64,000 bases of DNA. It comes from Candidatus Multivoradales bacterium. GTDB lineage: Bacteria > Acidobacteriota > Thermoanaerobaculia > Multivoradales > Multivoraceae. The position numbers were made by a program, and so were the translations under genes. The notes beneath the pieces were generated by a model. The model was not told where the DNA came from. It ran no database searches and worked only from the letters and a program-made list of their open reading frames with translations. Positions 47,904 through 57,829 of the stretch are shown here, piece after piece. Each line of letters begins with the position of its first letter. Positions within the stretch are counted from its first letter, which is position 1. Location: NCBI GenBank assembly GCA_965223325.1, contig CBDCWI010000002.1:1760001-1824000 (forward strand), written 5' to 3'.

Positions 47904-49568
47904 CTATCTGTCGGCCGCACGGGCGCGGTCGAGGAAGTCCAACTCGGCACGACGCACTCCCTTCTTGACCACCGTCGCGTCGCCAAACACCATCGTCTCG
48001 TCGTCTGCCGAGGTGTAGGTCGGCCACACCGGCAGACCGTCTTCGTTGGGATCGCCATCGCGCGCGAAGCTCACCCAGTAGGCGGCCATTTGATCGCTGA
48101 GCTGGCGATCGCGTTCCTGCCAGGGCCGCTCCTGGCTGTCGAGGGTCCCGAAGACGTAGGCGATCTCAGCCGCGTGGTAGGCGCCGTAGCGCTCGGCCTG
48201 ATTCCCAGGAGGTACGCGCTCGAAGTAGTACGACCAGGCCGGGGACTGAACGCGCTCCATGGCGCGCACCCAACGACGTGCACCCTGGCCGAAGGCACTC
48301 ACGCCGAACGAGTCGAGAAACGACTCGCGCGCCTGCTCGTCGGTGTTGGCGGGATAGAGCGCCAGCAGGTCGTCGGCCAGCTCACCGTAGAGGCCAGAGA
48401 TCATGCTGCGATACTCGGCCGCCGTGTGCACTCCCCCGTCGCCCACCAGAGAAGGACCTTCGTCGGCGTTCCAACCCGTGATCACGGGCACGTCGTTCTG
48501 CTCTCCGGCGGCGAAGATCTCGGCCACCGAACTCGGCAGAAACCAGCCATCGACGTTGCCCGTCGAAGGGAAGTTGACGCCCGGCTCCTTCCAGACTTCG
48601 AGAATCTTCTGCGCCGAAGCGGCGCGCATCGCCTCGAGATTCGGCTCGCCGCCGTCATCTTCGAGCAGCGCATCCACGAAGCGTTGGCCGGCGACCTCGG
48701 CCGCCTCAACCGGGGCGCCACCTCGGGGCCCGACAGAACTCTCTTCGCTCGTGGCTTGACGCAGCGGCCGGGTGTTCCAGGCGGTGCCCGACTCCCCGAT
48801 GACCCCGTGGAAGAGCCCGGCAGCGAGCGGCGAAGCCTGCAGGAAGTGCACGCTCCACGAGCCCGCCGACTCGCCGAAGATGGTGACCCGGTCAGGATCG
48901 CCGCCGAAGGAGCCGATGTTGTTCTGCACCCAGCGTAGCGCCGCGATCTGATCGTGCAGGCCCTGATTCCCAGACGCATCGGGTCCGCCCAGAGAAACGG
49001 ATTCCGCCGACAAGAGCGGGTGGGCGAGGAAGCCGAAAGGCCCGAGCCGATAGTTGATCGTTACCAGTACGACGCCGCGTCGCGCCAGCGCTTCGCCGTC
49101 ATAGGTCGCGCGCCCACCGTGGCCGTTGCGCAGCCCACCGCCGTGAATCCAGACCATCACCGGTTGCTTCTCTGCCGGCGAAGCAGCCGCCGTCCACACA
49201 TTCAAGAACAAACAGTCCTCGCTTACGTCTTCGGCACCCGGGCCGTAGAACGAGTCGGGCGCGCGTGGGTTCTGCATACAAGCCGGCGAGAACTCGGTTG
49301 TATCGCGCACCGAGTCCCAGGCAACGACCGCTTGCGGCGGCCTGAACCGTAGATCCCCAACCGGCGAAGCGGCATAGGGGATTCCTTCATAGATGTGCAC
49401 CGCACCGTCGTCGGTGACCGACCCGCGAATGATCCCGCCCTCGATCACGACATTTCGACCGAGCGTTGCCTGACTCTGGTCGGCGCCGGTCAGGTTGCAA
49501 CCAGTAAGAAGCGCCACCAACACAGCGCAAACGAACACCCCGATCCATCGCTTCTGAATCATCACCAT
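47904..49568 (-). CDS. Carboxylesterase type B lipoprotein
   Basis: EDCLFLNVW, WIHGGG, NYRLG, FGESAG and YHAAEI motifs, with lipobox LTGC. Confidence 0.93.
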   Translation of the reverse strand: MVMIQKRWIGVFVCAVLVALLTGCNLTGADQSQATLGRNVVIEGGIIRGSVTDDGAVHIYEGIPYAASPVGDLRFRPPQAVVAWDSVRDTTEFSPACMQNPRAPDSFYGPGAEDVSEDCLFLNVWTAAASPAEKQPVMVWIHGGGLRNGHGGRATYDGEALARRGVVLVTINYRLGPFGFLAHPLLSAESVSLGGPDASGNQGLHDQIAALRWVQNNIGSFGGDPDRVTIFGESAGSWSVHFLQASPLAAGLFHGVIGESGTAWNTRPLRQATSEESSVGPRGGAPVEAAEVAGQRFVDALLEDDGGEPNLEAMRAASAQKILEVWKEPGVNFPSTGNVDGWFLPSSVAEIFAAGEQNDVPVITGWNADEGPSLVGDGGVHTAAEYRSMISGLYGELADDLLALYPANTDEQARESFLDSFGVSAFGQGARRWVRAMERVQSPAWSYYFERVPPGNQAERYGAYHAAEIAYVFGTLDSQERPWQERDRQLSDQMAAYWVSFARDGDPNEDGLPVWPTYTSADDETMVFGDATVVKKGVRRAELDFLDRARAADR

Positions 49569-49652
49569 CTCCGCTCCTACCCTTCTCTGTCTATCGATAC
49601 CCGCGCTCGGTGTCTTTCCGAAGGTCTTTCCGAAGGTCTCCTCGAAGGAAGG

Positions 49653-50699
49653 TCAACCGCCGCTCGATGACGCACCGCCGGCAGCTGTGGCCTTGCCCTT
49701 GAGATGCTTGTCGAAGAACGCGATCTCGAGCGCCATCACCTGGTCGAGGTCCTTGCCGCGGTAGACGTCGTAGTGACCGCGCCCCTCGAGCACTACGTAT
49801 TCCACCGGCACGCGCCCGAGGAGCTTCTCGTAGACCAACTGGCCGTGCTCACGAATGTCGAAGTAGTGCTCGTTCTCGGCATCGATGATCAAGACCGGCA
49901 CTTCGATCCTCTCGGCATGTTCGACCGGCACGAAGTCGACGAAGCGATCGTAGTAGGGCGAACCTGTCAGTCCCTCGGGCTTGTCGTCTCCCACCGGCAC
50001 CGGCGCGACCTCACCGCGCGCTCGCGCGATGCGGCTCTTTCGCACCGCCTCTTCGCCGCGCGACCGCAGAGTCCCAGTGCGCTGGTCCATCGCCCCGACC
50101 TGCGCGGCGACCGCAGCCACCCGCTCGTCGTGAGCCGCTCGCCAGATGACGTGGCCGCCGCCAAAGCTCGAGCCCCAGATCGCTATGCGCGACGCGTCTA
50201 CGTGTGGCTCGCCCTCCATGAAGGTGATCGCAGCGTCGATATCTTCTTGTTGGTCTAGTGGGTCGACGAGCTCGCGAATCGCCTGGGCTTTGACCGTGAC
50301 ATAGCCAGAGTCATCGGTTTCGGGCATCTCACCGCGCACCACCAGCCGGGCGTCCGACTCTCCCCAACCGCGGTAGTCAAAAGCCAGAACGACGTAGCCC
50401 GCCGCCGCAAACCGCGGGCCGATCGCCTGGTTGAGGTGGGCCTTGGTGCCTCCCCAGCCATGACAAAGAACGATGGCTGGCAACTCGTCGCCCGGGCCGA
50501 GGCCCTTGGGGCGCAAAACATCACCGGCCAGGCGGGTTCCGTCGCTCCAGATCTCGACGGCAACGCGCTCGACGCCGGGGTATCCCTCGACGTTTTCGGC
50601 CTCGGCCGCCGCCACCGGCGCCCAGGCCACTGCCGCCGACAACACCAACAGGGTGACGAAGACGCAAACGAACGGAAGGTTCTTCGGTCGCATACTCAT
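49653..50699 (-). CDS. Secreted alpha/beta hydrolase (S9/S15-like)
   Basis: CHGWGG, FDYRGWGES, WGSSFGGG and GHYDVY motifs. Confidence 0.88.
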   Translation of the reverse strand: MSMRPKNLPFVCVFVTLLVLSAAVAWAPVAAAEAENVEGYPGVERVAVEIWSDGTRLAGDVLRPKGLGPGDELPAIVLCHGWGGTKAHLNQAIGPRFAAAGYVVLAFDYRGWGESDARLVVRGEMPETDDSGYVTVKAQAIRELVDPLDQQEDIDAAITFMEGEPHVDASRIAIWGSSFGGGHVIWRAAHDERVAAVAAQVGAMDQRTGTLRSRGEEAVRKSRIARARGEVAPVPVGDDKPEGLTGSPYYDRFVDFVPVEHAERIEVPVLIIDAENEHYFDIREHGQLVYEKLLGRVPVEYVVLEGRGHYDVYRGKDLDQVMALEIAFFDKHLKGKATAAGGASSSGG

Positions 50700-51007
50700 C
50701 GTGCAGTGCTCCTTCTCGGGTCAAGAGGCAGGTCGACTCGCCGGCCACTCTGCCTCTAGCGTTGCCTCACGTTCATGGTCGGCCAGCGCCCTGGCCGGGT
50801 CGATCGAGGCCCCGGCGAGCGCCGACAGAAGACCGGCGACCGCTTTCAGGCCTCGACGAACTCCGACAGATCGATCCGCCAACAAGTCCTAGCGCTCGTC
50901 GCGCCGTGGGTCCAGGGAGGTAGGTGTAGCGTAGCACCGGGTCAGGGAGGCACCGGCAGAACCGCCCGGCCCGTTTCCTCGTTCTCAATCCAGGAAGACA
51001 CTTCGTC

Positions 51008-52195
51008 GTGCAAAGAGTCATTCCCCGCGTACAAAGCACCGCGCCCTCGCCCATCTCAGAGGCTCTCGGCTGGCTCACAGAGCGTCCCTCCGCTGCCCCG
51101 CCGCTCCTCGATGTCTCGCAAGCGGCTCCAGGCTATCCACCCGCGGAGGCGCTCACCTCGCATCTACGCGACTTCGTATCGCAGCCAGAAAGCGCGCGCT
51201 ACAGCGAACAACTCGGCCTGCCCGCCCTACGCCAAGCCCTGGCCGACGATCTCGAAGAAGTCTACGGTGCAACCGTCGGTGCCTCGCAAGTGGCGATCAC
51301 GGCGGGCTGCAACCAGGCATTCACTCTCACGATCGATGCTCTCGCCGAACCGGGCGACGCGGTCATGCTGCCGCTACCCTGGTACTTCAACCACAACATG
51401 TGGCTCGACATGCGCGGCATCGAAACGGTTTCGATCCCGACCGACTCAGAGGGCCTGCCGGATCCAGAAGCCACGGGCCGTGCCCTCACGGATCGGGTGC
51501 GCGCTCTGGTCCTGGTTTCGCCCGGCAATCCAAGCGGCGCCGTGCTCGAACCCGAGCGCGTGTTCGCCTTCGCCCGCCTTGCTCGCGATCGCAACGTCAC
51601 GCTGATCCTCGACGAGACCTACCGTGACTTCCGCGGCGACCCCGCCACCGTCGGCCGCCCTCACGAGCTCTTCAGAGAGGCTCACTGGGATCGCCACCTG
51701 GTGCATCTCTACAGCTTCTCCAAGGTCTACGCGATACCCGGGCATCGTGTCGGCGCGCTGGTCGGCTCTCCCGGGCTCCTCGAGCACATCGAGAAGCTCA
51801 TGGATTGCGTTGCCATCTGCCCGCCGGTCCTCGGACAAGAAGCCGCGCGTTTCGGTCTTCTCAACCTGGGCAACTGGCGCGACGACAAGAGCCGCCTACT
51901 CGCCGAACGCCTCGCACAGTTCGCAGTCGCACTGAGAGACTCCGACGGCGGCTTCCGCCTGCGAGCCGCCGGCGCGTTCTTTGCCTGGCTGGAGCACCCG
52001 TTCAACCGACCATCGCGCGAGGTTGCCCGCTACCTGGCCCAACGTCGGGGCGTTCTAGCACTGGCTGGTTCGATGTTCGGACCGCCCGGCGAGACAACCC
52101 TCGACCGCCACCTGCGGCTCTCTTTTGCGAACCTCGACGCATCGCACTATCCAGAGCTGGTCAGCCGCCTGAAAGACATCGGCACTCTCGCCTGA
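51008..52195 (+). CDS. Aminotransferase class I/II
   Basis: ITAGCNQAF, SPGNPSG, DETYRDF and SFSKVYAIPGHRVG motifs. Confidence 0.9.
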   Translation: MQRVIPRVQSTAPSPISEALGWLTERPSAAPPLLDVSQAAPGYPPAEALTSHLRDFVSQPESARYSEQLGLPALRQALADDLEEVYGATVGASQVAITAGCNQAFTLTIDALAEPGDAVMLPLPWYFNHNMWLDMRGIETVSIPTDSEGLPDPEATGRALTDRVRALVLVSPGNPSGAVLEPERVFAFARLARDRNVTLILDETYRDFRGDPATVGRPHELFREAHWDRHLVHLYSFSKVYAIPGHRVGALVGSPGLLEHIEKLMDCVAICPPVLGQEAARFGLLNLGNWRDDKSRLLAERLAQFAVALRDSDGGFRLRAAGAFFAWLEHPFNRPSREVARYLAQRRGVLALAGSMFGPPGETTLDRHLRLSFANLDASHYPELVSRLKDIGTLA

Positions 52196-52355
52196 GTCGG
52201 CGGGGCAAGAAAAGGCTCGGCCAGCTGGTGCAAGTCGCCGAGGGTTGACGCTGGAAAGCACGGGGGCGACAACCGTGTAGAGTGTTGGCTATAGGCGTTT
52301 TTCATTTCTTTTCGCGGACTCTCGTTTTCGAGAGGCCACAACCATTGAGGTTTCT

Positions 52356-52859
52356 ATGCAAAGAAGAGCCACACCTCTCAAGGTAGCGCTGCTGGTGGCA
52401 GCGACTCTCGGAACTGCTTCGACCGTCCTCGCGCAGGACGACGACACCGCAGCGACCGAGACCAACAAGAAGATGAGCGAAACCGCATCCGAGCCCGCCG
52501 ACACCCAGGTCACCCTCGGCGGAATGCGAGTGAGTATCGATCCCGTCACTGGCGATCTCCGGCCGTTGACGCCGGCGGAGGCCAACCGCATGGCGCGCGA
52601 AATGCGTCAGATGTTCGCGCCCCGCACGCTCGGTGAACCCATCGAAAGGCGTGATGGAACGAGGTCGCTGGTGGTAGCACCCAATGTTCTACGTTTCTCC
52701 GTAGCGCGCATCGGAGAGGACGGCCGCGCCGAGATCGACTGTGTCGACGGGGAAGAGAGCGCCACCGAGTTCCTGGGAACTCCCGCGACACCTTCTCTGG
52801 ACACCCTCGAGCCGCACCACCACGGCCAACGTTCCGACTCCGAAACCCAGGAGCAATGA
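52356..52859 (+). CDS. Small secreted protein (post-PEP-CTERM-1-like domain)
   Basis: Signal peptide and 'IDPVTGDLRP....E...DG.....FSVARIGEDG....C' pattern. Overlaps the start of the downstream peptidase (ATGA). Confidence 0.7.
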   Translation: MQRRATPLKVALLVAATLGTASTVLAQDDDTAATETNKKMSETASEPADTQVTLGGMRVSIDPVTGDLRPLTPAEANRMAREMRQMFAPRTLGEPIERRDGTRSLVVAPNVLRFSVARIGEDGRAEIDCVDGEESATEFLGTPATPSLDTLEPHHHGQRSDSETQEQ

Positions 52860-54604
52860 CAATGAAGGTAAACCGTCAAAAGGCGAGCTTCTTCTTGGCA
52901 GCCATCGCGATCTTCTGCCTCACCGCCGTACCAGCCACGGCGGCCGACATCGTGCTCAACATCGTCGACCCACCGGGCGTGGGCTTCAATGATCCAACCG
53001 CGGTCGCTCCCATCGGCGGCAACCCCGGCACCACCCTCGGCGAGCAGCGCCGCATTGTCTTCGAGGCTGCGGCAGCCATCTGGGAGGCGACTCTCAGTCC
53101 GAAGGTCGACATCGTCATCCAGTCGAGCTTCGCGCCGCTCTCTTGTAGCGCAACCTCTGGCGTCCTCGGAGCCGCCGGCACGATTCAGATCTTCGCCAAC
53201 TACCCCGACGCAGAGTGGCCCAACACCTGGTACCACTCGGCCCTCGCCAACCACATCACCGGCGCGGATCTGACTCCCGGTGCACCCGACCCGGGCCTGC
53301 TCGTACCGCCCTTCAATGACGACATCGTGGCGTTCTTCAACGGCGACATCACCGGCAACAACCCCGACTGTCTGGCCGGCCTTTCCTGGTACAACGGTCT
53401 CGACAACAACGCCGCTGCGAACGAGTTTGATCTGCTCAACGTCGTGCTGCACGAGTTCGGTCATGGCCTCGGCTTTGCGAACTTCACCGACGACGCCAAG
53501 GGCACGGTGATCGCCGGCTTCTCCGACATCTACTCCGTCTTCAGCTACGACAACACTCAGGGGCTGTACTGGAATCAGATGGACAAGCGGCAGCGCGCTG
53601 CCTCGGCCGTCAACGGTCCGGAGCTCGTCTGGCGCGGTCCGAACGTCTACGCCGACGCACCGACCGAGCTCGCCGGGCTGCCGGTGGTCCGGGTCAACGC
53701 GCCGGGCGGTATTGCCGGAGACTTCACCGCTCAGGCGGCAAGCTATGGCGTGCCGCTACCCGATCCGCCGGGGGTCACCGCAGATGTCGCGCTCTACGAC
53801 GATGGAACGGGCCCTGACCCCAACGACGCCTGTGACCTCTTCCTCGACCCCGGTGTGACGGGCAAGATCGCGCTCATCAACCGCGGCAGCTGCAACTTCG
53901 CCTTGAAGTCGGCTCTGGCGCAGCTGAGCGGTGCGGTCGGGGTAATCATCACCAACAACCAGCCGACCGGCCTGCCACCGATGGGAGGCGTAGACCTCGT
54001 TCCGCCGACCATCTCGTCGGTTGGCATCTCGATGGCCGACGGCGACACCCTGAAGGCCAACCTTCCAGGTGCCAACGTCTCGCTGCTTGCCGACCGCGGC
54101 CTCGGGCTCTCAGGAGCCGATGCCTTCGGCTTCCCGAAGCTCTACGCACCCAACCCGGTGCAGCCCGGCTCGTCGGTGTCCCATTGGGACACCTCACTGA
54201 CACCGAACGCTCTCATGGAGCCGTTCATCAGCGCCGATCTCGAGGGAGCAACGACGCTCGACCTGACACCGGCTCTGATGACCGATATCGGCTGGTCCGG
54301 TGGTCCCCACTGCCCGGTCGGTTCAGACGACCGGGCAAGCGTCGAGGTCGCCGGCTGCAGTACCGGCGTCGCCAACACCTTCGGGCCGTTCGGCTACTCA
54401 GGCGGGGACAACAAGGTCAACGGCAACGCCAACGGCGTCGATTCGAACGGCGGCTGCTATATCCAGGACCTGGTCAACGCCTGCCTCGGGCAAGGCAACT
54501 CGGGTGCGATCGCCAGCTGCCTGGCCGGTGTCGCCAACCACCTCGAAGCGGAGGGTACCTTGACGCATGCCGAGGGCTCGGCGATCAAGTCCTGCTCGCC
54601 CTGA
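52856..54604 (+). CDS. Secreted zinc metallopeptidase with PA domain
   Basis: HEFGHGLGF zincin motif, PA domain (GKIALINRGSCNFALK), and GGNPGTTLGEQR and GSSVSHWD...LMEP motifs. Confidence 0.88.
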   Translation: MTMKVNRQKASFFLAAIAIFCLTAVPATAADIVLNIVDPPGVGFNDPTAVAPIGGNPGTTLGEQRRIVFEAAAAIWEATLSPKVDIVIQSSFAPLSCSATSGVLGAAGTIQIFANYPDAEWPNTWYHSALANHITGADLTPGAPDPGLLVPPFNDDIVAFFNGDITGNNPDCLAGLSWYNGLDNNAAANEFDLLNVVLHEFGHGLGFANFTDDAKGTVIAGFSDIYSVFSYDNTQGLYWNQMDKRQRAASAVNGPELVWRGPNVYADAPTELAGLPVVRVNAPGGIAGDFTAQAASYGVPLPDPPGVTADVALYDDGTGPDPNDACDLFLDPGVTGKIALINRGSCNFALKSALAQLSGAVGVIITNNQPTGLPPMGGVDLVPPTISSVGISMADGDTLKANLPGANVSLLADRGLGLSGADAFGFPKLYAPNPVQPGSSVSHWDTSLTPNALMEPFISADLEGATTLDLTPALMTDIGWSGGPHCPVGSDDRASVEVAGCSTGVANTFGPFGYSGGDNKVNGNANGVDSNGGCYIQDLVNACLGQGNSGAIASCLAGVANHLEAEGTLTHAEGSAIKSCSP

Positions 54605-54632
54605 GCGGGCCTCGGCCTGACGGCAGACACCA

Positions 54633-54664
54633 GGGGGGCGGCACCACCGGTGCCGCCCTCTTTC
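54633..54664 (+). terminator. Putative intrinsic terminator
   Basis: GGGCGGCACC-ACC-GGTGCCGCCC stem followed by TCTTTC, between convergent genes. The U-tract is short. Confidence 0.55.
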
Positions 54665-54709
54665 ATGTCCCGATGAATGAACGGCCGCGGCCCCTTCGAA
54701 CAGCGCGGA

Positions 54710-56359
54710 TCAACCCTCGGAGGGGTCTGCCCAGAAGGTGAGCTGGTTCTCGAAGCCTGAGCTGAAGATCGGTCGACGCTCGTCGAGATGTTGCAGGAGT
54801 GGCACCGCGTCCCAGAAGTCGATCTGGTCGGCGTCGCGGGTGTAGGCAACGATCAGTGAGAGCGGGCGACCGTCCAGGAGCTCCTCCGGGATCTCGAAGA
54901 CCGGAACCGAAGTCTTCGACCCGAAGTCGAGAGCCGCGATCAGACGCTCATAGCCGTTGTCGGTCTCGTCGGCATCGAGGCCGTAGATCTCCTCGCCGGC
55001 CGCAAGGTAGACATCGAGGACCGAAATCCCAGCGACCGCCGGGCGGGTGTAGACCTTGACCTCGACAACCGGGTTGCCACTGACGGAGCGCAGCGAGCGG
55101 CGGCGGAGACGACAGGGAATGCAGGGGCCACTGCCAGGAGTCGGCTGATTGGTGTCGTGCGTTACCCGCGGTCGCGAGGTTGGCAACGTCAAGTCGAGCG
55201 GCTCGGCGGTCATCTCGAGCGGATAGTCGTACGGGATGCCCCCAGTGGCGTTGACTGTTTCGGGGTCGAGCCCGACGGCGCGGTAGAAGAGGTCGTCGAT
55301 CTCGTCGAAACGAGAGTTCAGATACGGCACGCCGTCCGCGGTGAGGTAGAAGCCATCGGGACCGATCGACATCGACACAAGGAGAGGATCGTCGGCGATC
55401 AGTTGGTCGATCGAGCCGGGATGGGCGTCGTCCCACTTCGACAGCCAGGCCGTGAGCACCGAGTTCGCAAACGAGCTGCCGGCGGGCAACGACCAGTAGG
55501 TCTGTCCCCACGACGCCTGAATAGGGATGATCAGCCCTGCCCCTGGCAGGAGTGCGTCGTAGCCGCTCGGGGTTTCGGCCGAGGGTTCGACAGTACCGGT
55601 CGGCCAGTGCAGGTTGAGATCAAGCCCGCCGACCGCCAGGGTCGAAGGATCGGAGGCCGGGAAAAGGAGCTCGTCGTGATTTCCCGCCGCGGCCAGCACC
55701 AGGACGCCAAGGTCACTTCTCAGATACTCGAGGACGCGGTGGATCTCGCAGCGAATGCTGTCACCGCCCGAGCATGGCTCGGTCTCGAGGAGCCTCCCGA
55801 AGCTCAAGTTCAAGAGCTTGTGCGGTACTTCGGCTTCAACGACTCTGCACAGCTGCTCGAGTACATGCAGGTCGGTGGCGCCCGGAAGCGCCTGGGTCGT
55901 GGTCAAGCCAGGATCGTCGAGGTAGTAGAACTTGGGTGCCGGGGCCCCCATCATCACGAACGACTTGCGCACCCACTCGCCATGGTTACCCTGGCCCCAG
56001 TCGATGGCCGCCACCTTCTTGTGGAAGATCCGGCCCTCGGCGTCACAGTCGAGGCATGCGTCGCGATCGGCATCACTGGCGTCGCGCTCGCTATCGACGA
56101 CCAACAAAGGGTCGTCCTCGGCCGATGCCAGGGTCTCACACCCCTCGGGGCCACCGATGAGCTCGCGAGTGCTGCCAAAGGTGTAGGTGCCCATGCCGCC
56201 GCACGACAACGTCTCGGTGCTTCCCCGCAGGTTGCACTCTGGACCGCGACGCGCCCAGGAAACCTCCTGGGCCATGCCAGCACTGACTGCGAGCCAGAAA
56301 CTGAGTAAAAGCGCCGGAGAGATGCGCGCTGGAAGTTTGCGATGGGGGTTCGGGAGCAT
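54710..56359 (-). CDS. Divergent secreted subtilase (S8)-like protein with C-terminal IFxxGFE motif
   Basis: AAIDWG (Asp), NHGEWV (His), LNLSFG, AAAGN (oxyanion Asn), AGSSFA (Ser), and the tail 'PIFSSGFE'. Confidence 0.65.
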   Translation of the reverse strand: MLPNPHRKLPARISPALLLSFWLAVSAGMAQEVSWARRGPECNLRGSTETLSCGGMGTYTFGSTRELIGGPEGCETLASAEDDPLLVVDSERDASDADRDACLDCDAEGRIFHKKVAAIDWGQGNHGEWVRKSFVMMGAPAPKFYYLDDPGLTTTQALPGATDLHVLEQLCRVVEAEVPHKLLNLSFGRLLETEPCSGGDSIRCEIHRVLEYLRSDLGVLVLAAAGNHDELLFPASDPSTLAVGGLDLNLHWPTGTVEPSAETPSGYDALLPGAGLIIPIQASWGQTYWSLPAGSSFANSVLTAWLSKWDDAHPGSIDQLIADDPLLVSMSIGPDGFYLTADGVPYLNSRFDEIDDLFYRAVGLDPETVNATGGIPYDYPLEMTAEPLDLTLPTSRPRVTHDTNQPTPGSGPCIPCRLRRRSLRSVSGNPVVEVKVYTRPAVAGISVLDVYLAAGEEIYGLDADETDNGYERLIAALDFGSKTSVPVFEIPEELLDGRPLSLIVAYTRDADQIDFWDAVPLLQHLDERRPIFSSGFENQLTFWADPSEG

Positions 56360-56478
56360 GAGCAAAGGGATACAAGATAAAATAGCTAAATCGAAACATT
56401 GCTATATTACCACGCCCTCCGCGTATCGCCGCCCTGCAGCGGCGACGCGACCCAAGGAATCCTAGAATCACCCCAGTC

Positions 56479-56522
56479 AATCGCCCGGGAATCGCCCGGG
56501 AATCGCCCGGGAATTGCCCGGG
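56479..56522. repeat. 11-bp tandem repeat x4
   Basis: AATCGCCCGGG three times, then AATTGCCCGGG, just downstream of proA. Confidence 0.85.
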
Positions 56523-56533
56523 GTGGGCGCGGG

Positions 56534-57829
56534 TTAGCGCGTCTGGCCGGTGCCGCGGACTTTGTACTTGTACGAGGTGAGTTCTTCGAGCCCCATGGGG
56601 CCGCGGGCGTGGAGGCGATCGGTGCTGATGCCGATCTCGGCACCGAAACCGAACTCGCCGCCGTCGTTGAAGCGTGTCGAGGCGTTGCACAGGACGACGG
56701 CGGAGTCGACGTCGCGCATGAACTGCTGGGCGGTGTCTTCGTCGTCGGTGACGATGACGTCGGTGTGGTGTGAACCGTAGCGCTCGATGTGGTCGATGGC
56801 GGACTCGAGACCGTCGACGACGCGAACGGCGAGGACCAGGTCGAGGTACTCCGCGGTCCAGTCCTCCTCGCTGGCGACCAACGCCTCGGGCACGAGCTCC
56901 CGCACCCGCTCGTCACCGCGCAACTCGACGCCCGCCTCCTGCACGACCTGGGCGTGAACGGGCAGAAACAGAGCCGCCACGTCGCGGTGCACCAGCAGGG
57001 TCTCGAGGGCGTTGCACACGCCCGGCCGCTGGACCTTGGAGTTCAGTACCAGCTCGCCTGCCATCTCGAGATTGGCCGCCTTGTCGACGTAGAGGTGGCA
57101 GACGCCGTCGTAGTGTTTGATGACCGGCATGCGGGCGTGTGCGACCACGGTTTCGATGAGTTGATGGCCGCCGCGCGGAATGATGAGGTCGAGTGCGTCG
57201 TCGAGCTCGCACATGGCCCGCACAGCAAAGCGATCGGTGCGCGGCACGAGCTGGATACTGCCCACCGGCAGGCCGGCGGGTTCACCGCCCTCCTGGAGGG
57301 CTTCGGCAAGCGCCAGGTTGGTGTGAATCGCCTCGGACCCACCGCGCAGGAGCGTCGCGTTGCCCGACTTGAAGCACAGCGCCGCCGCGTCGCAAGTGAC
57401 GTTGGGGCGCGACTCGTAGATCATCCCGATCACCCCGATCGGCACGCGCACCTTTTCGAACTCGAGCCCATTGGGTCGCGTCCAGGTGCGCAAGACGTCG
57501 CCGACCGGGTCGGGCAGGTCAGCAACCGAGCGCACCGCGCCCGCGACCTCGGCCAGGCGACCCTCGTCGAGGCGCAGTCGATCGAGCATCGCCGCCGACA
57601 GCCCCTTCTTCCGGCCCGCGTCGAGGTCGCGCTCGTTGGCGGTGACGATGACGGGAGTTCTCGCGAGCAGTTCGTCGGCCATCGCCTGCAGAACCCGGTC
57701 TTTGACGGCACGGTCGAGTTGGCGAAGGGTGCGGGCCGCGGTCTTGGCTCGCTTCCCCATGCCAACAAGGAGCGCACGCAGTTCGGCCGAGCCCGACGGC
57801 GTCTCGAGTGAGGCCTCGCGAGCACTCAT
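56534..57829 (-). CDS. proA: Gamma-glutamyl phosphate reductase
   Basis: IYESRPNVT, LRGGSEA, IIPRGG, RPGVCNALETLL and NASTRFNDGGEFGFGAEIGIST motifs. Confidence 0.97.
   Translation of the reverse strand: MSAREASLETPSGSAELRALLVGMGKRAKTAARTLRQLDRAVKDRVLQAMADELLARTPVIVTANERDLDAGRKKGLSAAMLDRLRLDEGRLAEVAGAVRSVADLPDPVGDVLRTWTRPNGLEFEKVRVPIGVIGMIYESRPNVTCDAAALCFKSGNATLLRGGSEAIHTNLALAEALQEGGEPAGLPVGSIQLVPRTDRFAVRAMCELDDALDLIIPRGGHQLIETVVAHARMPVIKHYDGVCHLYVDKAANLEMAGELVLNSKVQRPGVCNALETLLVHRDVAALFLPVHAQVVQEAGVELRGDERVRELVPEALVASEEDWTAEYLDLVLAVRVVDGLESAIDHIERYGSHHTDVIVTDDEDTAQQFMRDVDSAVVLCNASTRFNDGGEFGFGAEIGISTDRLHARGPMGLEELTSYKYKVRGTGQTR

Noticed and set aside
46674-48938. 754-aa + strand ORF (also long ORFs 14104-15711, 35837-37501 and the extension 43342-44307)
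   Set aside because: These are antisense shadows of well-supported genes, typical of high-GC DNA.
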